Shown: positions 50,978-63,904 of the stretch, in pieces
Layout: each line of letters opens with the position of its first letter
Numbering within the stretch: the first letter of the stretch is position 1
Position numbers and translations under genes: made by a program
From: Lingula anatina
Taxonomy: Eukaryota > Animalia > Brachiopoda
DNA: 64,000 nt
Direction: 5' to 3'
NCBI GenBank assembly: GCA_051362555.1
Contig: CM120644.1
Span: 15,646,534 to 15,710,533, forward strand
The notes under the pieces: generated by a model
The model's input: only the letters and a program-made list of their open reading frames with translations
What the model was told of the DNA's origin: nothing
Databases searched by the model: none

Positions 50978-52069
50978 TGCTACCTTTGAAGTATTAAAAC
51001 GGCAATGTGTTATGGCCATCACAATATATGCAATGTGCACACAAACGCGAGAGAGGCACTTGTTATTCAGCATGGAATCAAGTGTATTTTATTAAGTCTC
51101 TTATTAAAGACGTTTACGATATGGATATTTATGGATATTCGTTATCAAAACTACGTCATAAATGTGTGCATATCAAACTCACATATAGCACAGTTACGAA
51201 ATCCGGATTGCATATATGGTAAATGCATATCCCTAAAATACCTTTCAATTACCCACCTGTCAGGAGCTCCAGTGTTGCTGTATAATGTGATTTAAAAGCT
51301 TTTCAGTGAGGCAATATAGAAAACGGTCTCCGTTATATTTTTAATGTGTCTGGTAAAGCAAAATGACAATAATGACGTAGGTACTGGTATTGCGTTATGT
51401 GTGAACATATACTGTTAAACAAGATATCTTTTGTTAACATTATGTATTTCCTCTGTAAATTGTATCATAAAAGACTAAATGTCATGATGTAATTTTTAGC
51501 AGCCTGCTGGTGAAAAAGTAACTTTTTTCTACCACGTATAATGATGCATTCAATATATCTGCTTGTTACGTGAACAATCAGGAGGGAAGGGTGTTACGAG
51601 GTTTTCTAGGTCCTATCTTATATTGCACTTGGGTGTTGATATAATGTTTTTAAAATCAATGCAAGTGATACATGAAGCATATGTATAACTGTTCCATTTT
51701 AATAATAATATACTGTCTACTGTCTAACACATTTGATAAAACAACGAGTCAAAATGTGGCAAAGACGTCTGTCAAACACAAGGGTGCGCTGAAAACAATA
51801 CCTGCCTCCTAAGTTCGAATATGAACCGTCCCGTTGTTCTCTTAATTACCTCACAAAACATGTACGTAATTTTGAAACAGTAGGTCCAGTCTTGGATGAG
51901 AAAGCCTTCTACATTCCGTCGATGCACGCGCGGATTAAACAATACAGGTTTTAGCATAAAACAGTCAGCTGAAAGTATTCCTTGTATTATTGTATTTATT
52001 AACTTTTAATATCATAGTTTACAATGCAAATGGCCTTTATTTCAACAGTCTGCAATCACAATACACTGT

Positions 52070-53524
52070 TTATCGTAGTTCATCTTTAGATGTTTCCTCT
52101 TCTCCCGCAGCCATCTTCATCAGTTCTACGGTCAACTCAGCGTATCTCTGGGCGTGTAGATCGGTTGCCCTGTTCGTTGCGTAGTCAAGATTGTAACAGA
52201 AGCGACCGCGGAATTTGTGCAGGAAGTGACAGAACGGAATATTGCAATTGTGCAGTGAATCAGATGTGATGACACTCGTCGCGTGAGCTCTGGCCTCCTC
52301 CCTCCCAGGGGGGCACAGCTTGTCACAGTCGCCGATGTTGGAAGTGCAGAATTCAACTGTGCACTCCGGAGGTGACAACGGGCGTTTTTTCTTTTCTATA
52401 CCATACACGTAGTTACATACTTTCAAAGATTGTACGACATCACCATTATCAAGCTGGGCGTGGATGAGACCGGTCGATTCCTTGGCAAGGTCCCAGAACG
52501 CATCGAAGCTGACAGCTGTTGGGGTCCTCAATGAGATAGAAAGGCTGTGCGACAAAGACCCGAAAGCAGTGCTCAGTTCTGGAGAGAGAAATCGCCGCAT
52601 ATTGACAGCGTGGACTGAGGCGATGTTCACCACCTTGGGGGGTCTCCCTTCATTTATGAGCTTGGCTATGGCTACCGAGGCAGCGGCAACGAGGACACCG
52701 TGCACAGTTACCCCGCGGTCTTTGCATTGTGCTATGATCCTCTCCGTTTCAGGAATTGAAAATTCAACCACCACTGTTTTTGTACAGCTTTCACCTGGTG
52801 CAGACATTTTTGGGAACCGTTTTGTAAATAAACTTTTGTTTGGGAACCAGCCTTTATATTTCATTTTTGCCACTTGAAAATAGTCGAACCAAGTGAATGT
52901 CATTTTATTTTTCGGCAAGAGGTTTTCTAAAGGAGGCAGGAGAATCACGGCATCACCACCATCACGGGCCGGGGCATCTGAGATCACTGCATTAAGGATT
53001 CGAAGTAATCTTCCTAATAGGAGAAAATCAGATTTACCGTCGATGATAGAGTGATGTAGCGCAAAAATGACTACGCTAGTGAACCATGTGTCCCCGCTGA
53101 GGGTACACTCGTCTTGTTCCGCACCCGTGCTTCCTTTGGGCATGCGCAGAATCTTTGCTCTCCACAAGGGTTTATCAGCGTCGTAAAAAGTCACAAGCGT
53201 CATGTGCTCGTGAACTGTTTTCCACTCATCGCAAGATGTTGCATCCAGAACCTCGAAGTCTGCTCGAGGGTCGTCCACGTACTTGAAATGTCTCTGGCCG
53301 TCTTGCCAAGCTATGGTCATTCGAAGATGTGGGATGTCTTCCAGCAGTCGCTCCATGCATTGTCCCCATTGGTCAGTGGTTAAGAGCAATTTTGTTTTAA
53401 TCCAGGACGTGAAAACGATCGTGAAGGTGCCATTTTCGTGCAGAACGGCGAGGGTGTTTTCAATGCCGTGTAGTTGGCGAATGACCTCCTTAGAGTTCGA
53501 AGTCGGTGAGGACGTTACAGCCAT
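52070..53524 (-). CDS. HHxxxDG acyltransferase / condensation-like protein, paralog 2
   Basis: 484-aa uninterrupted ORF with PLWRA, LHHSIIDG and FRGRFCYNLDY; TTTTAG acceptor 16 nt upstream of the ATG. Confidence 0.88.
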   Translation of the reverse strand: MAVTSSPTSNSKEVIRQLHGIENTLAVLHENGTFTIVFTSWIKTKLLLTTDQWGQCMERLLEDIPHLRMTIAWQDGQRHFKYVDDPRADFEVLDATSCDEWKTVHEHMTLVTFYDADKPLWRAKILRMPKGSTGAEQDECTLSGDTWFTSVVIFALHHSIIDGKSDFLLLGRLLRILNAVISDAPARDGGDAVILLPPLENLLPKNKMTFTWFDYFQVAKMKYKGWFPNKSLFTKRFPKMSAPGESCTKTVVVEFSIPETERIIAQCKDRGVTVHGVLVAAASVAIAKLINEGRPPKVVNIASVHAVNMRRFLSPELSTAFGSLSHSLSISLRTPTAVSFDAFWDLAKESTGLIHAQLDNGDVVQSLKVCNYVYGIEKKKRPLSPPECTVEFCTSNIGDCDKLCPPGREEARAHATSVITSDSLHNCNIPFCHFLHKFRGRFCYNLDYATNRATDLHAQRYAELTVELMKMAAGEEETSKDELR

Positions 53525-53824
53525 TATAATCCATATAATCCTAAAATTGCAATATCATACTAATAATGTCCATATACTAATAAGTCCATATACCAGTCGC
53601 ATTGTCTTTCACTAATCTACTCCTAAAATGGCAAAATATTGATAATTATAATAATTAATAGAGTATATGCATGAATAAATTCATATACGATTGGTATTCT
53701 TTTTTCTCATAATACAGGTTCGATATGTCGGCTGTGTGCAGTGTACTGTTCTGTGAGCTCATAAATATTTTATTCGTTTAATTTCTAAGACTTAATTATT
53801 TATATGGCATATTAGTCTCACAAT

Positions 53825-53869
<45 letters not shown>

Positions 53870-54227
53870 TTCCACATAACATGGATATGTGCGTATTGCC
53901 GCTTAGCTTATTCTGATATATCTGCGCTTGTTTATAAGGATGCAAGGATGCATATACCAGTAGTATAGTTCGCATATTCATATATTACCTACAGCGATCA
54001 GCAAATAATAGACCGTTTAATGGCTGACTAGTCCCCGTCTGCAGCTGCAAGGGGAGGGATTGTGATGCGGAAAAAGTGAAAGAACATGAAAAGCTACTAC
54101 CGTGACAAGGCTATCATGTGATTTCTAAAAAATAAATAAAAAAAAAGAAAATAAAAAACATTAATAATAATAATAATAATAATTATAAAGTATTATAACA
54201 GGTGCGCGCCTTGTTATAAATACCGAA

Positions 54228-57200
54228 TAGTCTAGTGAGATTTTTGAAAAAAGGCTCTGCATAAGAGGCAAGGGGCATTTTGGGGTAAAAGTTGGGAACC
54301 AGGCTTAATAGCATAATTTTGGGATGCTGAATCCGATTTACCCGGTTCCCAAGCGAAATTTTGCGTTTTTAACGGTCTAATTTGCAAAAAAACAAAATGG
54401 CCGCCAGATTTCCTACTTTCTGCAATATCTCTGGAACTAGACAGGCGAATATGACAAATGAAGTGTCTTTACCTATATTTTCAGGGTCGAGGAACATTAT
54501 TAAGATGTTTCTGTTAGAATTAGATTTATGCAATTTTCCTAAATATGCAAATTAGGATCGCCATTACTGAAAAACCGATTTACTTCTGTATCTCTGTAAC
54601 TAGGCAAGCAAACATGACAAATGAAGTGTCTACACCTATGTTCTCAGGGTCAGGGAAAGTGATAAATCAGATGTCTTGTCTGATGGGTAGCACTGACTTT
54701 GTGAATTATGTCCGAGTAGCACCTTTTATTGTTTCTTCCCTGTATCTGTCAAACACTAGACAATCTGCTGGTAGTTAGAACCTGCCTTCAGAACTGCTCT
54801 TACGTACGTGTCAGTCAAACTACCAAAGGTCACTGCATTGTCAGGCTTTCCCAGTGAAATTGCCAGTGCTTGCCCATCAATTATAAGGCAAGGTGAGCAG
54901 AGGCGGATCCAGGATTATTTGAAGGGGGGAGTCCGCGGAAGCAAAGCCTCCCCCCTCCCCCCCCCTCACTTGGCAACAGGTTAGGGGCCTGTTGAAGGGC
55001 CACGAAAAATTTTGGTATTTAAGGGGTGAACGGTGCCATTTGGTATGGTTTACAAGTATGATTCAGCTAGTCAAATTATAATTTCAAGGGGGGACCAGAA
55101 TTCGAAAGGGGGGGGGAGTCAGGACCCGCCTTACGTAATATGTGGCAGTTTCTCTGAGCAGTCCTCTTTGGCTGGTTACAGAATGCGTATAAAAGGGCAG
55201 TAGTTCTGCAGAATAAGTCTATATTTCAAAACGTCCAGTCAGAAGTTTGATATTTTGCAGACTCTTAGCTGACCTTACGGTCTGTGAACTAACGGCAGCA
55301 ACTTGCCACACTATTGTTGCATTATGCCAGAATGGACAGAAGCAAACTGCTATTGCCAGACAGCTGAATGTGTCCCAGGGAGCAGTTTCTAACGTCTTAC
55401 AGAAACATGCCCAGACTGGTGCATTAACACAGAGACCACGGCCAGGATGTCCTAAAGTCACCACCAGAAGGGAAGACTGCTTGCTTCTGCGGTTATGTCG
55501 CAACAACCGGACAAAGACAACTCTTGCTGTACAAAATGAGTGGCAAATTACCATTCAAAAGCATGTTTCTAGAACTCTAGTGAATGCAAGGCTACTTTTA
55601 GCTGGTTAACTCTATAAACAGAGCAACACCATTTGCGGTTCCAGGCACAGCACTGGGTTCATGAAGATTTTTACAGATGAGGCAGGGTTTGAGTTCCAGC
55701 ACCGCGATGGCTGAATCAGAGTCAGTAGGTTTCCAGACGAGTCACTGCACGAGGATTGTGTCACACTACAAGGACTTGTGGCCGTGGCAGTATCTGTGTA
55801 TGGGCCGGTTTCCACTCTGGAGCCAAAACACTATTGGTGGCAATTGACGGAAACCTCAACCAGATAAAATACAGGGACATTTTAGAGAATACTTGAAATT
55901 TGCAAGAAGGTACTTCCAGGACAACTTCATCCTGCAAGATGACAATGCCCGACCACACTATGCCCATGCAATAACTGCTTTTCTGCAAAACCAAGAGGTA
56001 AACCAGTTGCCTTGGCCGACGAAATTCCCCTGACATGAATTCTATAGAAAACCTGTGGGCATAAATCGCTAGCAGAATCAAGAGCTTACCCGTCCACCCT
56101 GCAAATCGGCACAAGTTTAGGCAAGCTCTGACTAATGCATGTAACACAATACTGGATCATACTCTCAGAAACCTCTCTGCATGGAATGAGGGCTCTGGTT
56201 GCAGCTAGAAGAGGCTGCACGCGTTGTTATCAGTTTCCATTTTTCACATTTGTATTGATGATTCTTTTGTGTGAGAGAAAATCCTTACCAACTGATATTC
56301 TTGATAATATCGAGTTCATAAGAATTTAATACCTTGTTTTCAGCTATAAAATTATCCATGCGCTGATTATAACACTGATTTGAATATTAAATTATTATTT
56401 GAATTAAATTTTTGATGATGTATTCACACGGGTTGATTTATTAAAGCCATTTCAAACACGATAACAAGTGTTTTATCATCCTTTACTAATATATGGGAAA
56501 AATTCAAAGAAAATTTGTTTGAAAAAAATCCATTTTAAATGTGAAGTCTGTACATTGCATCACATGAATTATTTGATTCAGCAAATCCCTCCATTGCATT
56601 AATAAGGTAATCTTTTTTTTAAATCTAGGTAAAAGGGGCAGTTGTGTGATCCAATATGTTTACATCCCAATGGCAGCGCAGTATTTAATTGCAAAATTCA
56701 ATTCAGATTCGAATAATTGCTACAGTGTGACAGTGTAGCACTCATTGCTGATTTGATTATAGTGAAAATGTCTTAATCACTTTCCCTAACGCTGAAAACA
56801 TGGGTGTGGGCACTTCATATGTCATGTTTGCTTGCCTAGTTAACGTAAAAGCAGTTCTGAAGGCAGGTTCTAACTATCAGCATATTGACTTGTGTTTGAC
56901 AGATACAGGGAAGAAACAATAAAAGATGCTACTCGGACACGATACACAAAGTCAGTGCTACCCATAAGACAAGACATCTGATTTATCACATTCCCTGACC
57001 CTGAGAACATAGGTGTAGACACTTCATTTGTCATGTTTGCTTGCCTAATTACAGAGATACAGAAGTAAAACTGTTTTTCAGTAATGGCGATCCTAATTTG
57101 CATATTTAGGAAAATTGCGTAAATCTAATTCTAACAGAAACATCTTAATAATGTTCCTCGACCCTGAAAATATAGGTAAAGACACTTCATTTGTCATGTT

Positions 57201-57411
57201 CACATGTCTAGTCCCAGAGATATTGCAGAAAATAGGAAATCTGGCGGCCATTTTGTTTTTTTGCAAATTAGACCGTTAAAAACGCAAGATTTTGCTTGGG
57301 AACCGGGTAAATCGGATTCAGCATCCCAAAATTATGCTAATAAGCCTGGTTCCCAACTTTTACCCCAAAATGCCCCTACTATTCATCTTTTGTGAAAATC
57401 CCACTAGACTA
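54228..57411. mobile_element. Academ-like non-autonomous DNA transposon with TIRs of about 575 bp
   Basis: Ends TAGTCTAGTG...CACTAGACTA with a 3-bp TSD GAA; 54228-54805 is the near-identical reverse complement of 56842-57411. Confidence 0.8.
55290..56230 (+). pseudogene. Tc1-like transposase relic inside the Academ-like element
   Basis: HTH (QTAIARQLNVSQGAVS, RPGCPKVTT), FTDE, ILQDDNARPH and PDMNSIENLW, with stops and frameshifts. Confidence 0.85.
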
Positions 57412-58120
57412 GAAGGGGCATGTTTTCCGTTCATAGGCCAATATAGAGTCTGACCTTAATACTTGTATTGTTACATACTGGTATTTTTCAACGACTGCAC
57501 CTGTTTTGCCTATATAGCTGCAGTAGATGCGGGTCGATCGAATATCTCTATATAAAATAACTTAAAATATGCAGAGGTATAGTATGATCTTGGAAATGCT
57601 TTAATGGGGACGTCTGGGTATATTTACCGTGCATTCCTTGAAATTCATGATTGTATACACCTCGAACAAAGCATGCTTTAATGCACCTTGAACAAAACGA
57701 GTTTAATCGCAGGATAATGTAAACATTTAACAGTATAGTGATAATAGAGGAGATTTCTCACCCGCCACAGATATATCAAAAAGAATGAATTGGTCACGAT
57801 AAGAACATCTAAGACGGAGGGGAACAAGGGGGAGGGGGAGGGGGGCAATGACTTATTTGCAGTTACTCAGTCTACATTTTCTTTCAGGTGCAGGTGCAAT
57901 TCAGGCTATATATTCCTACTCACAGGTCGCTATTGAAATGCATAAGGTGGGACTTAAAATCACATTAAAAAGAATTGTTGACCTGAAGCCTATTTATAAT
58001 TTATCCCTCCACTTTTACCAGGAGTATAAGCCAACACTTATGGTAATACGTATACATTTTTATATGATGTACGGATTAGCCTAAATATAGCTAAATGGAT
58101 GACACACACACACACATGTA

Positions 58121-58165
<45 letters not shown>

Positions 58166-58719
58166 ACACACACACACTCTCTCTCTCTCTCCTCTCTCAT
58201 GCTCCCTCTTGCTCTCTCTCTCTTTCACACACACACACACACACATACACACACGACTGTTCATTTCTGGTATAATCTATTTAGTGATATAATCTGTTGA
58301 ATGTACTACAGTACAATTTACCTTCCGTGTGTGGCGGCGCGTTCATGCAACTTCCCTCACTATTCTATATGGGAAATTAGTCAGACCCAATATAAGCTAC
58401 GATTACATTCTGTGACCTAGTGTCAGATTATACTTGTAGTGTTTGCTTGCACTCGTGATAAAAAGAGGGGTGAACTATGGATATGCTTCTGGTCAACAAT
58501 AACTTCATATCCCTTTTTTTGTGTGATTTAAAAATTTTCCTAAACTGTTAAATGTCAACTTGTGAGTCGTATAGCTTGATTTGTACGTGCGCCAGAAAGA
58601 CTACATAGACGGTGTAATGGTGAAGAAGTTAGGGGATCTCCCTCCTGTCGCTCCCCTCTGTCTGGGACATATTCAATTCGACATAGACCGGCGATAATAT
58701 TTTTTATCTCTGTGAATGC

Positions 58720-58975
58720 ATGGTTCTGTTGGTTCTCATCTACACGTATTGGTATGATCTAGCTCCATATATAAATGACCTGATTAAACGCCATCGTTTG
58801 GTGACAAGCTTTTACTGGAAACCTCCATAACTACTACAGGTTAAAAACATATAGTGACATAGCATTTTCTTTAACTGCACCGGTGGAGTGGTAGCCTACA
58901 TTGTATAAGCTGCCCATTCACCTAAGGGAAATAGAAAGACAGGTTTCATATTTAAATCAGAATTAAGGAACTTAA
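58720..58975 (+). mobile_element. Degenerate CR1/L2-like LINE 3' remnant
   Basis: Fragmentary translation YSDIAFSLTAPVEW..LPIHLRE...FKSELR resembles the L2/CR1 ORF2 C-terminus. Confidence 0.45.
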
Positions 58976-59177
58976 AATTCACGTTTTAAAGATTTATTAT
59001 TCATAACTTTAATCATATTTCAAAAAAACATAAAAAAGCGAAACATTGATTTTTAAAAACTTCGGATAACTATGTCTGCAGGTAATTTTATACATTTTTT
59101 ATATATTTTATGTTGTTAAGTTTACTGAACATTTCGTAGATTAAATATTTTAATGGAATATTTCATTATATTAAATA

Positions 59178-59233
<56 letters not shown>

Positions 59234-59277
59234 GTAGTAGTAGTAGTAGTAGTAGTAGCAGTAGTAGTAGTAGTAGT
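59178..59277. repeat. Compound (TTA)n(GTA)n microsatellite
   Basis: Directly visible. Confidence 0.95.
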
Positions 59278-62200
59278 ACAATACCGACTCCTCTCTTTGT
59301 TTGGTATCCCTTCAACAACTGAGTCTAAGATATAATAATCAACGACATTTCAGTAAAGAAGATGCCCGAAACAATTGAATATCCATATTAGAAAATATAG
59401 GTAAGTAATTGGTTTGTTATGAAAGGAAAGGAAGAGAGAATGTGTGACAAACCTCTGAAAATGAATGAAGTTAATTATTAAGTGCTCAGCGATGACGATT
59501 CAGAAACCATTCACTTTGCAACCAAACAATCATCAATAAAAATACATAAAATGCATGGGATGATCAAGATTACCTGGAGAGGGGTCGTTTTTTTTACCCA
59601 CTCTACCCCCCCCCCCCCACCGCAAAATAAAATAAAATAATAATAATAAAATTTAAATTTCACCACGTTGAAAGACAGGTTGAATTAAAAAATAATATTA
59701 AATACATTATATTATTATATATTATACGTGTAATATATAATAAACATATAATATGTATTATATAATATAAATATATTATACCTGGTGTGTCTAGTAGTGG
59801 GAAGGAGGAGGATATCGCGACTTCTATTTCCTTAAACCAATTATGATAGAAAGTGCAAAATCTAGCTTTTTGTGTAATAATGCAAACATTTCTGATTCAT
59901 GCCTTGCTAGTTTTCGAACTCAGTAAAGAAGGTATTTAAAAAAACAACCATTTTGGATAATATTCGCACTTTATTAGTACTAACATAAATAAGAGTGCAT
60001 TATAGAGAGAGATTTACATTTATTTTACTGACTCATTTTGTCTTCAACCTCACGTGTATTTTTTCACAATGCCTGGTAACGAAGGTTTAGCAAATTACTT
60101 TCTATGAGAATGGAGTTTTACCGTGATTCGTCTAAAACAATTGACTGTGCCATATTACCATATTGTGTAGCTAATCATGGATGTCACTGAATTGAAGATT
60201 CTACAAATGGCGTAAATATTACAAAAACATAAGACAAATGAAAATAATGACCTGCGGCAAAAGACATTACGAATGTTTTAAAAGCCAGCCAGGTGACACC
60301 GAGAACTTAGCCCAAATCTACTTTATGCGTTATCTAAAATAAACAGATCAGATCAGGCCCGTGGCCCGGGGGGGAGGGGGGGGGTTCGAAAGAACAACCC
60401 TTTTTGCTGGGAAAAGGTCCACTCTGAATATTTTATGGTGAAAGGTCCTGCAGATTTAGATACCGCATTAGCTGGACATATTTAAATCTGAGAGAGGTAC
60501 AATCAATGTAATCTGCTTGGTTGTTTAATGGGTAATTGGTTTTCGTGCGAAGGGCTTAATTACCCCTTGGCCGTCCGAGTAGGCGCGTCAGACAATTGTG
60601 CTGATTACACACAATACGCATTTGCGAGATTCCCCGAAGAGTAATATGCATAATCAAATAGCTTTAATTGTACATACTAGTGATGATTTAATCTTTTAAA
60701 CTTCTGCATAAATTTTGACTTTCTCTTGTTAAAGCACATGTAGCCATCAAAATGTGCTTGAACAAATAATAATAATAATAATAATCAACCTGCACACATG
60801 TTGGAACATGGAGGTCAATTGCCACAAAATAAGTTGATATGTACTTGGTAGCCTGAGAAATAATATCAGGTATTAATTTAAGCAGCAATAATACCGAGAG
60901 TTAACAACGACACAAGCATATGGTGTTATGTAACAAAATTTCATGCATTACTTGCTGTGGCAGGTTTTGATTTTCAGTGTCATCAAAATTTTGTATTATT
61001 GTTAGTTTAACCTATGTATCTGCTATTCAAATAATATCGTTTGAAAAATAACTAATTTAATTATGCTTTTGCAACATGAAATTATCATTGACTTTGCCGG
61101 TTCACGTGTACACAGTACCTTGCTATCAGTGCTCCTCTTTTCTCCCCAACTCGCCCCTGACCGACTAACTACATCGTTTCAAAACAACGTTGGTATGATC
61201 CTTTACTTTTGGTGTAGGCAGTTTCGCCCCGGGGACATCATCTTCGGTTAAAAACAACGTGTCGTTTTCACCCATCTTTGCATTGCTCCTGTACAAAATG
61301 TCCGCTTGACGCCCGCCCAAGTGAAAATCGTAGCACGTGGGTAGTTACGCAAGACCCGTGACGTGTAACGAGCGCAAGGTTATTAGCATGACCACGGGTA
61401 CGCTAAAACTAAAACCCCAGTAGCAGTGCTTAAACCAGAGTCGAGGAAGCGTCGCATATTTACCGCGTGCTTAAAAGCAATATTAAACGATACACGCAAT
61501 AAATACGCGTAATAAATATGCACATACTAATAAACTGAAGGATTGATCCGAGAAAGATGCTTTAGCAGCCATTGAAAATGGATGAAGTTCAATTATATAG
61601 TCTTAAATGATGCTTAGATAGATAGCATTCACGTTGCATGCAAATATTTCCCAGTTAAAAAAAAAGACAAAAATATAAAAACATATTTTAACCTATTTGC
61701 TTGATCATTATTTTTTTTCATCTCTATTCGGCATTGACTGCGTAAGAAAATAGGTCCCTCAGATATAAACTTTAAAATGTTTAATTATCTGTTACTATTG
61801 TATTAATCAAAAAATATCATGCAGCTTTACTTGTATTAAAGTCGCAATAGCATCCGGTTCATATAGTTTGCATTAAAACGACAATACGCATTACTGGCTT
61901 GCAGGGTAATAAAAGAATTCAGAAAAGTTTGTCATTGATGACGATTCAATAAAATGTGTAGTATTTTTCATGTCCTTTTTTATTCTGTTACATCCTTTTG
62001 GACCGATACTGTACAGAGAGCTAAGGCAAAAACGGATTATTGGCCGTAATAAATTGATTATATATTTACAGGCAAAATTTGCATTTTCCATATCTAAACT
62101 ACTAGAACAGTAATAAATGTATTCACAAGCAAAATTGGCAATCACCACATCCAAGCCATAGCGATAAATCTCAAGCGTGTGATATGGATATTAGTTAATC

Positions 62201-62497
62201 GCACGTTACATATAGCCTCATATATTACGTCTGTCCATGTATGTGTTTCATTGCCACCTGTATGGAGTGAAAAATACACTGAATTCTGTGCAAAAAGAGC
62301 ATTGCTCTGGGAAATATTACACACTCAGAATTATCTATTTATTAGTCAGTCTGGTGTATCATTTTAGGAAGACATGTTATCTCCTTCGGTGTGAATATCT
62401 TTATCTTGAGGACACGTGTTGTTTTGTAATGTAATTAATTAGTGTAGATAAACAGTCCATGGAGCTCGCCTTTTCTCTTCCGTTGGCATCTTTTCAA

Positions 62498-63904
62498 CTA
62501 TTTCAATATTTTCTCGTCTCCTCCTGCCATCTTCATCCATGCGACGGTCAGCTCAGCGTATTGCTTGGCGTTGGCATCACTAACCCTGTTAGTGTAGTAG
62601 TCAAGGTTGTAGCAGAATCGACCGCGGAATTTGTGCAGGAAGTGCAGAAATGGGTAAGGGTATCTATGCCCTGCGGCGGATGTGACAATCCTCGTAGCGT
62701 GAACTTCGTCGTCTTTTCCACCAGGAGGACATAACTTGTCGCAATCTCCAATATTTGACGTTAGAAATTCCATTGTACAGTCTGAAGTTGCTAAAATCCG
62801 TTTTAAGTTTAGGCCAAGATAATCCCAAAGTTTACAAACCTGTATAATATCGCCATTGTGAAGTTTGGAGTGAATAATCTCGGTTGCTTTTTTGGCAAAT
62901 ATCCAGAAGGCACTGTATGTGAAAGCTGTTGAAGTTGCTAATTTAACATCGAGTACGGAAATTAAAGTTCCAAGGGCAGTGCGCAATTCGGGGGCCAGAA
63001 AACGTCGCATATTTACAGCGTGGGCAGAAGCAATGTTAAACTCACGCGGTGTTTTCCCATCATATAGCAAATTGGCCATGGCCATGGATGCAGCAGCAAA
63101 GAAGGCGCCGTGGACAGTCGTCCCATGATCCTTACACTTCGCTATGAATCTCTCCGTATCTTGAACCGAGAATTCAACTGCCACTGTTTTGGTATACGCA
63201 ACAGTTATTTCAGGCGGTGGCGGATATCGCGACATATATAAACTCTTGCTTGGGAACCATTCTGTAAACTTTGATTTTACCACTTGGAGGTAATCTCGCC
63301 AAGTGAAAGACATCACATCACGTGGCAAAAGATCTTCCAAAGCCGGTTGAAGTACTACATCATCGCCATCTTCGCAAGGAACGCACGACATGACAAAGTT
63401 TAGGATATTGATTAGCATGCGTAATATGAAGAGATTAGACGTTCCATCCAGAATAGAGTGATGGACCCCAAACACAACTGCGCTGGTGAAGCTGTTGCTT
63501 TCATTTGAGATATCATTATCTGCTGCTAAACTATCACATCTTTCAGGCATTTGCGCGACTTTGACTCTCCAAAGTGGACCATTGGTGGTGTCAAACATCA
63601 CGCGCATCACATCCTCGTGGACCTTCTCCCATCCATCTTTTGACATCAAATTTATCATCTCAAAGTCTATTTTAGGGGTGTCCATATACTTAAAGTGCCT
63701 CTTCCCTTCGTGCCAAACTATGGCCAGTCGAAGATGTGGGATCTGTCGTTGCAGTTGAACGAAACATTGCTCCCACACATTCTCTGCTATCAACCTTTTC
63801 GATTTAATCCACGTGGTAAACGCAACTTTGGAAACATTAGCTTTGTCTAGGATCGCAAAACTGTTTTCAACTTCTCTCAGTGGGCGAATAACGTTGTTGG
63901 CCAT
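62498..63904 (-). CDS. HHxxxDG acyltransferase / condensation-like protein, paralog 3
   Basis: Uninterrupted ORF with IRPLREVE, GPLWRV, VHHSILDG, TSNIGDCD and FRGRFCYNLDY. Likely start is ATG 63904 (MANNV), downstream of a CTGCAG acceptor. Confidence 0.88.
   Translation of the reverse strand: MANNVIRPLREVENSFAILDKANVSKVAFTTWIKSKRLIAENVWEQCFVQLQRQIPHLRLAIVWHEGKRHFKYMDTPKIDFEMINLMSKDGWEKVHEDVMRVMFDTTNGPLWRVKVAQMPERCDSLAADNDISNESNSFTSAVVFGVHHSILDGTSNLFILRMLINILNFVMSCVPCEDGDDVVLQPALEDLLPRDVMSFTWRDYLQVVKSKFTEWFPSKSLYMSRYPPPPEITVAYTKTVAVEFSVQDTERFIAKCKDHGTTVHGAFFAAASMAMANLLYDGKTPREFNIASAHAVNMRRFLAPELRTALGTLISVLDVKLATSTAFTYSAFWIFAKKATEIIHSKLHNGDIIQVCKLWDYLGLNLKRILATSDCTMEFLTSNIGDCDKLCPPGGKDDEVHATRIVTSAAGHRYPYPFLHFLHKFRGRFCYNLDYYTNRVSDANAKQYAELTVAWMKMAGGDEKILK

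Noticed and set aside
50242-53615. Plus-strand ORFs overlapping the acyltransferase genes
   Set aside because: Antisense shadows of real coding sequence with no recognisable motifs.
54545-57103. Two similar 77-aa ORFs on opposite strands (MQIRIAITEK...)
   Set aside because: They are the two arms of the long TIR; no evidence of coding function.
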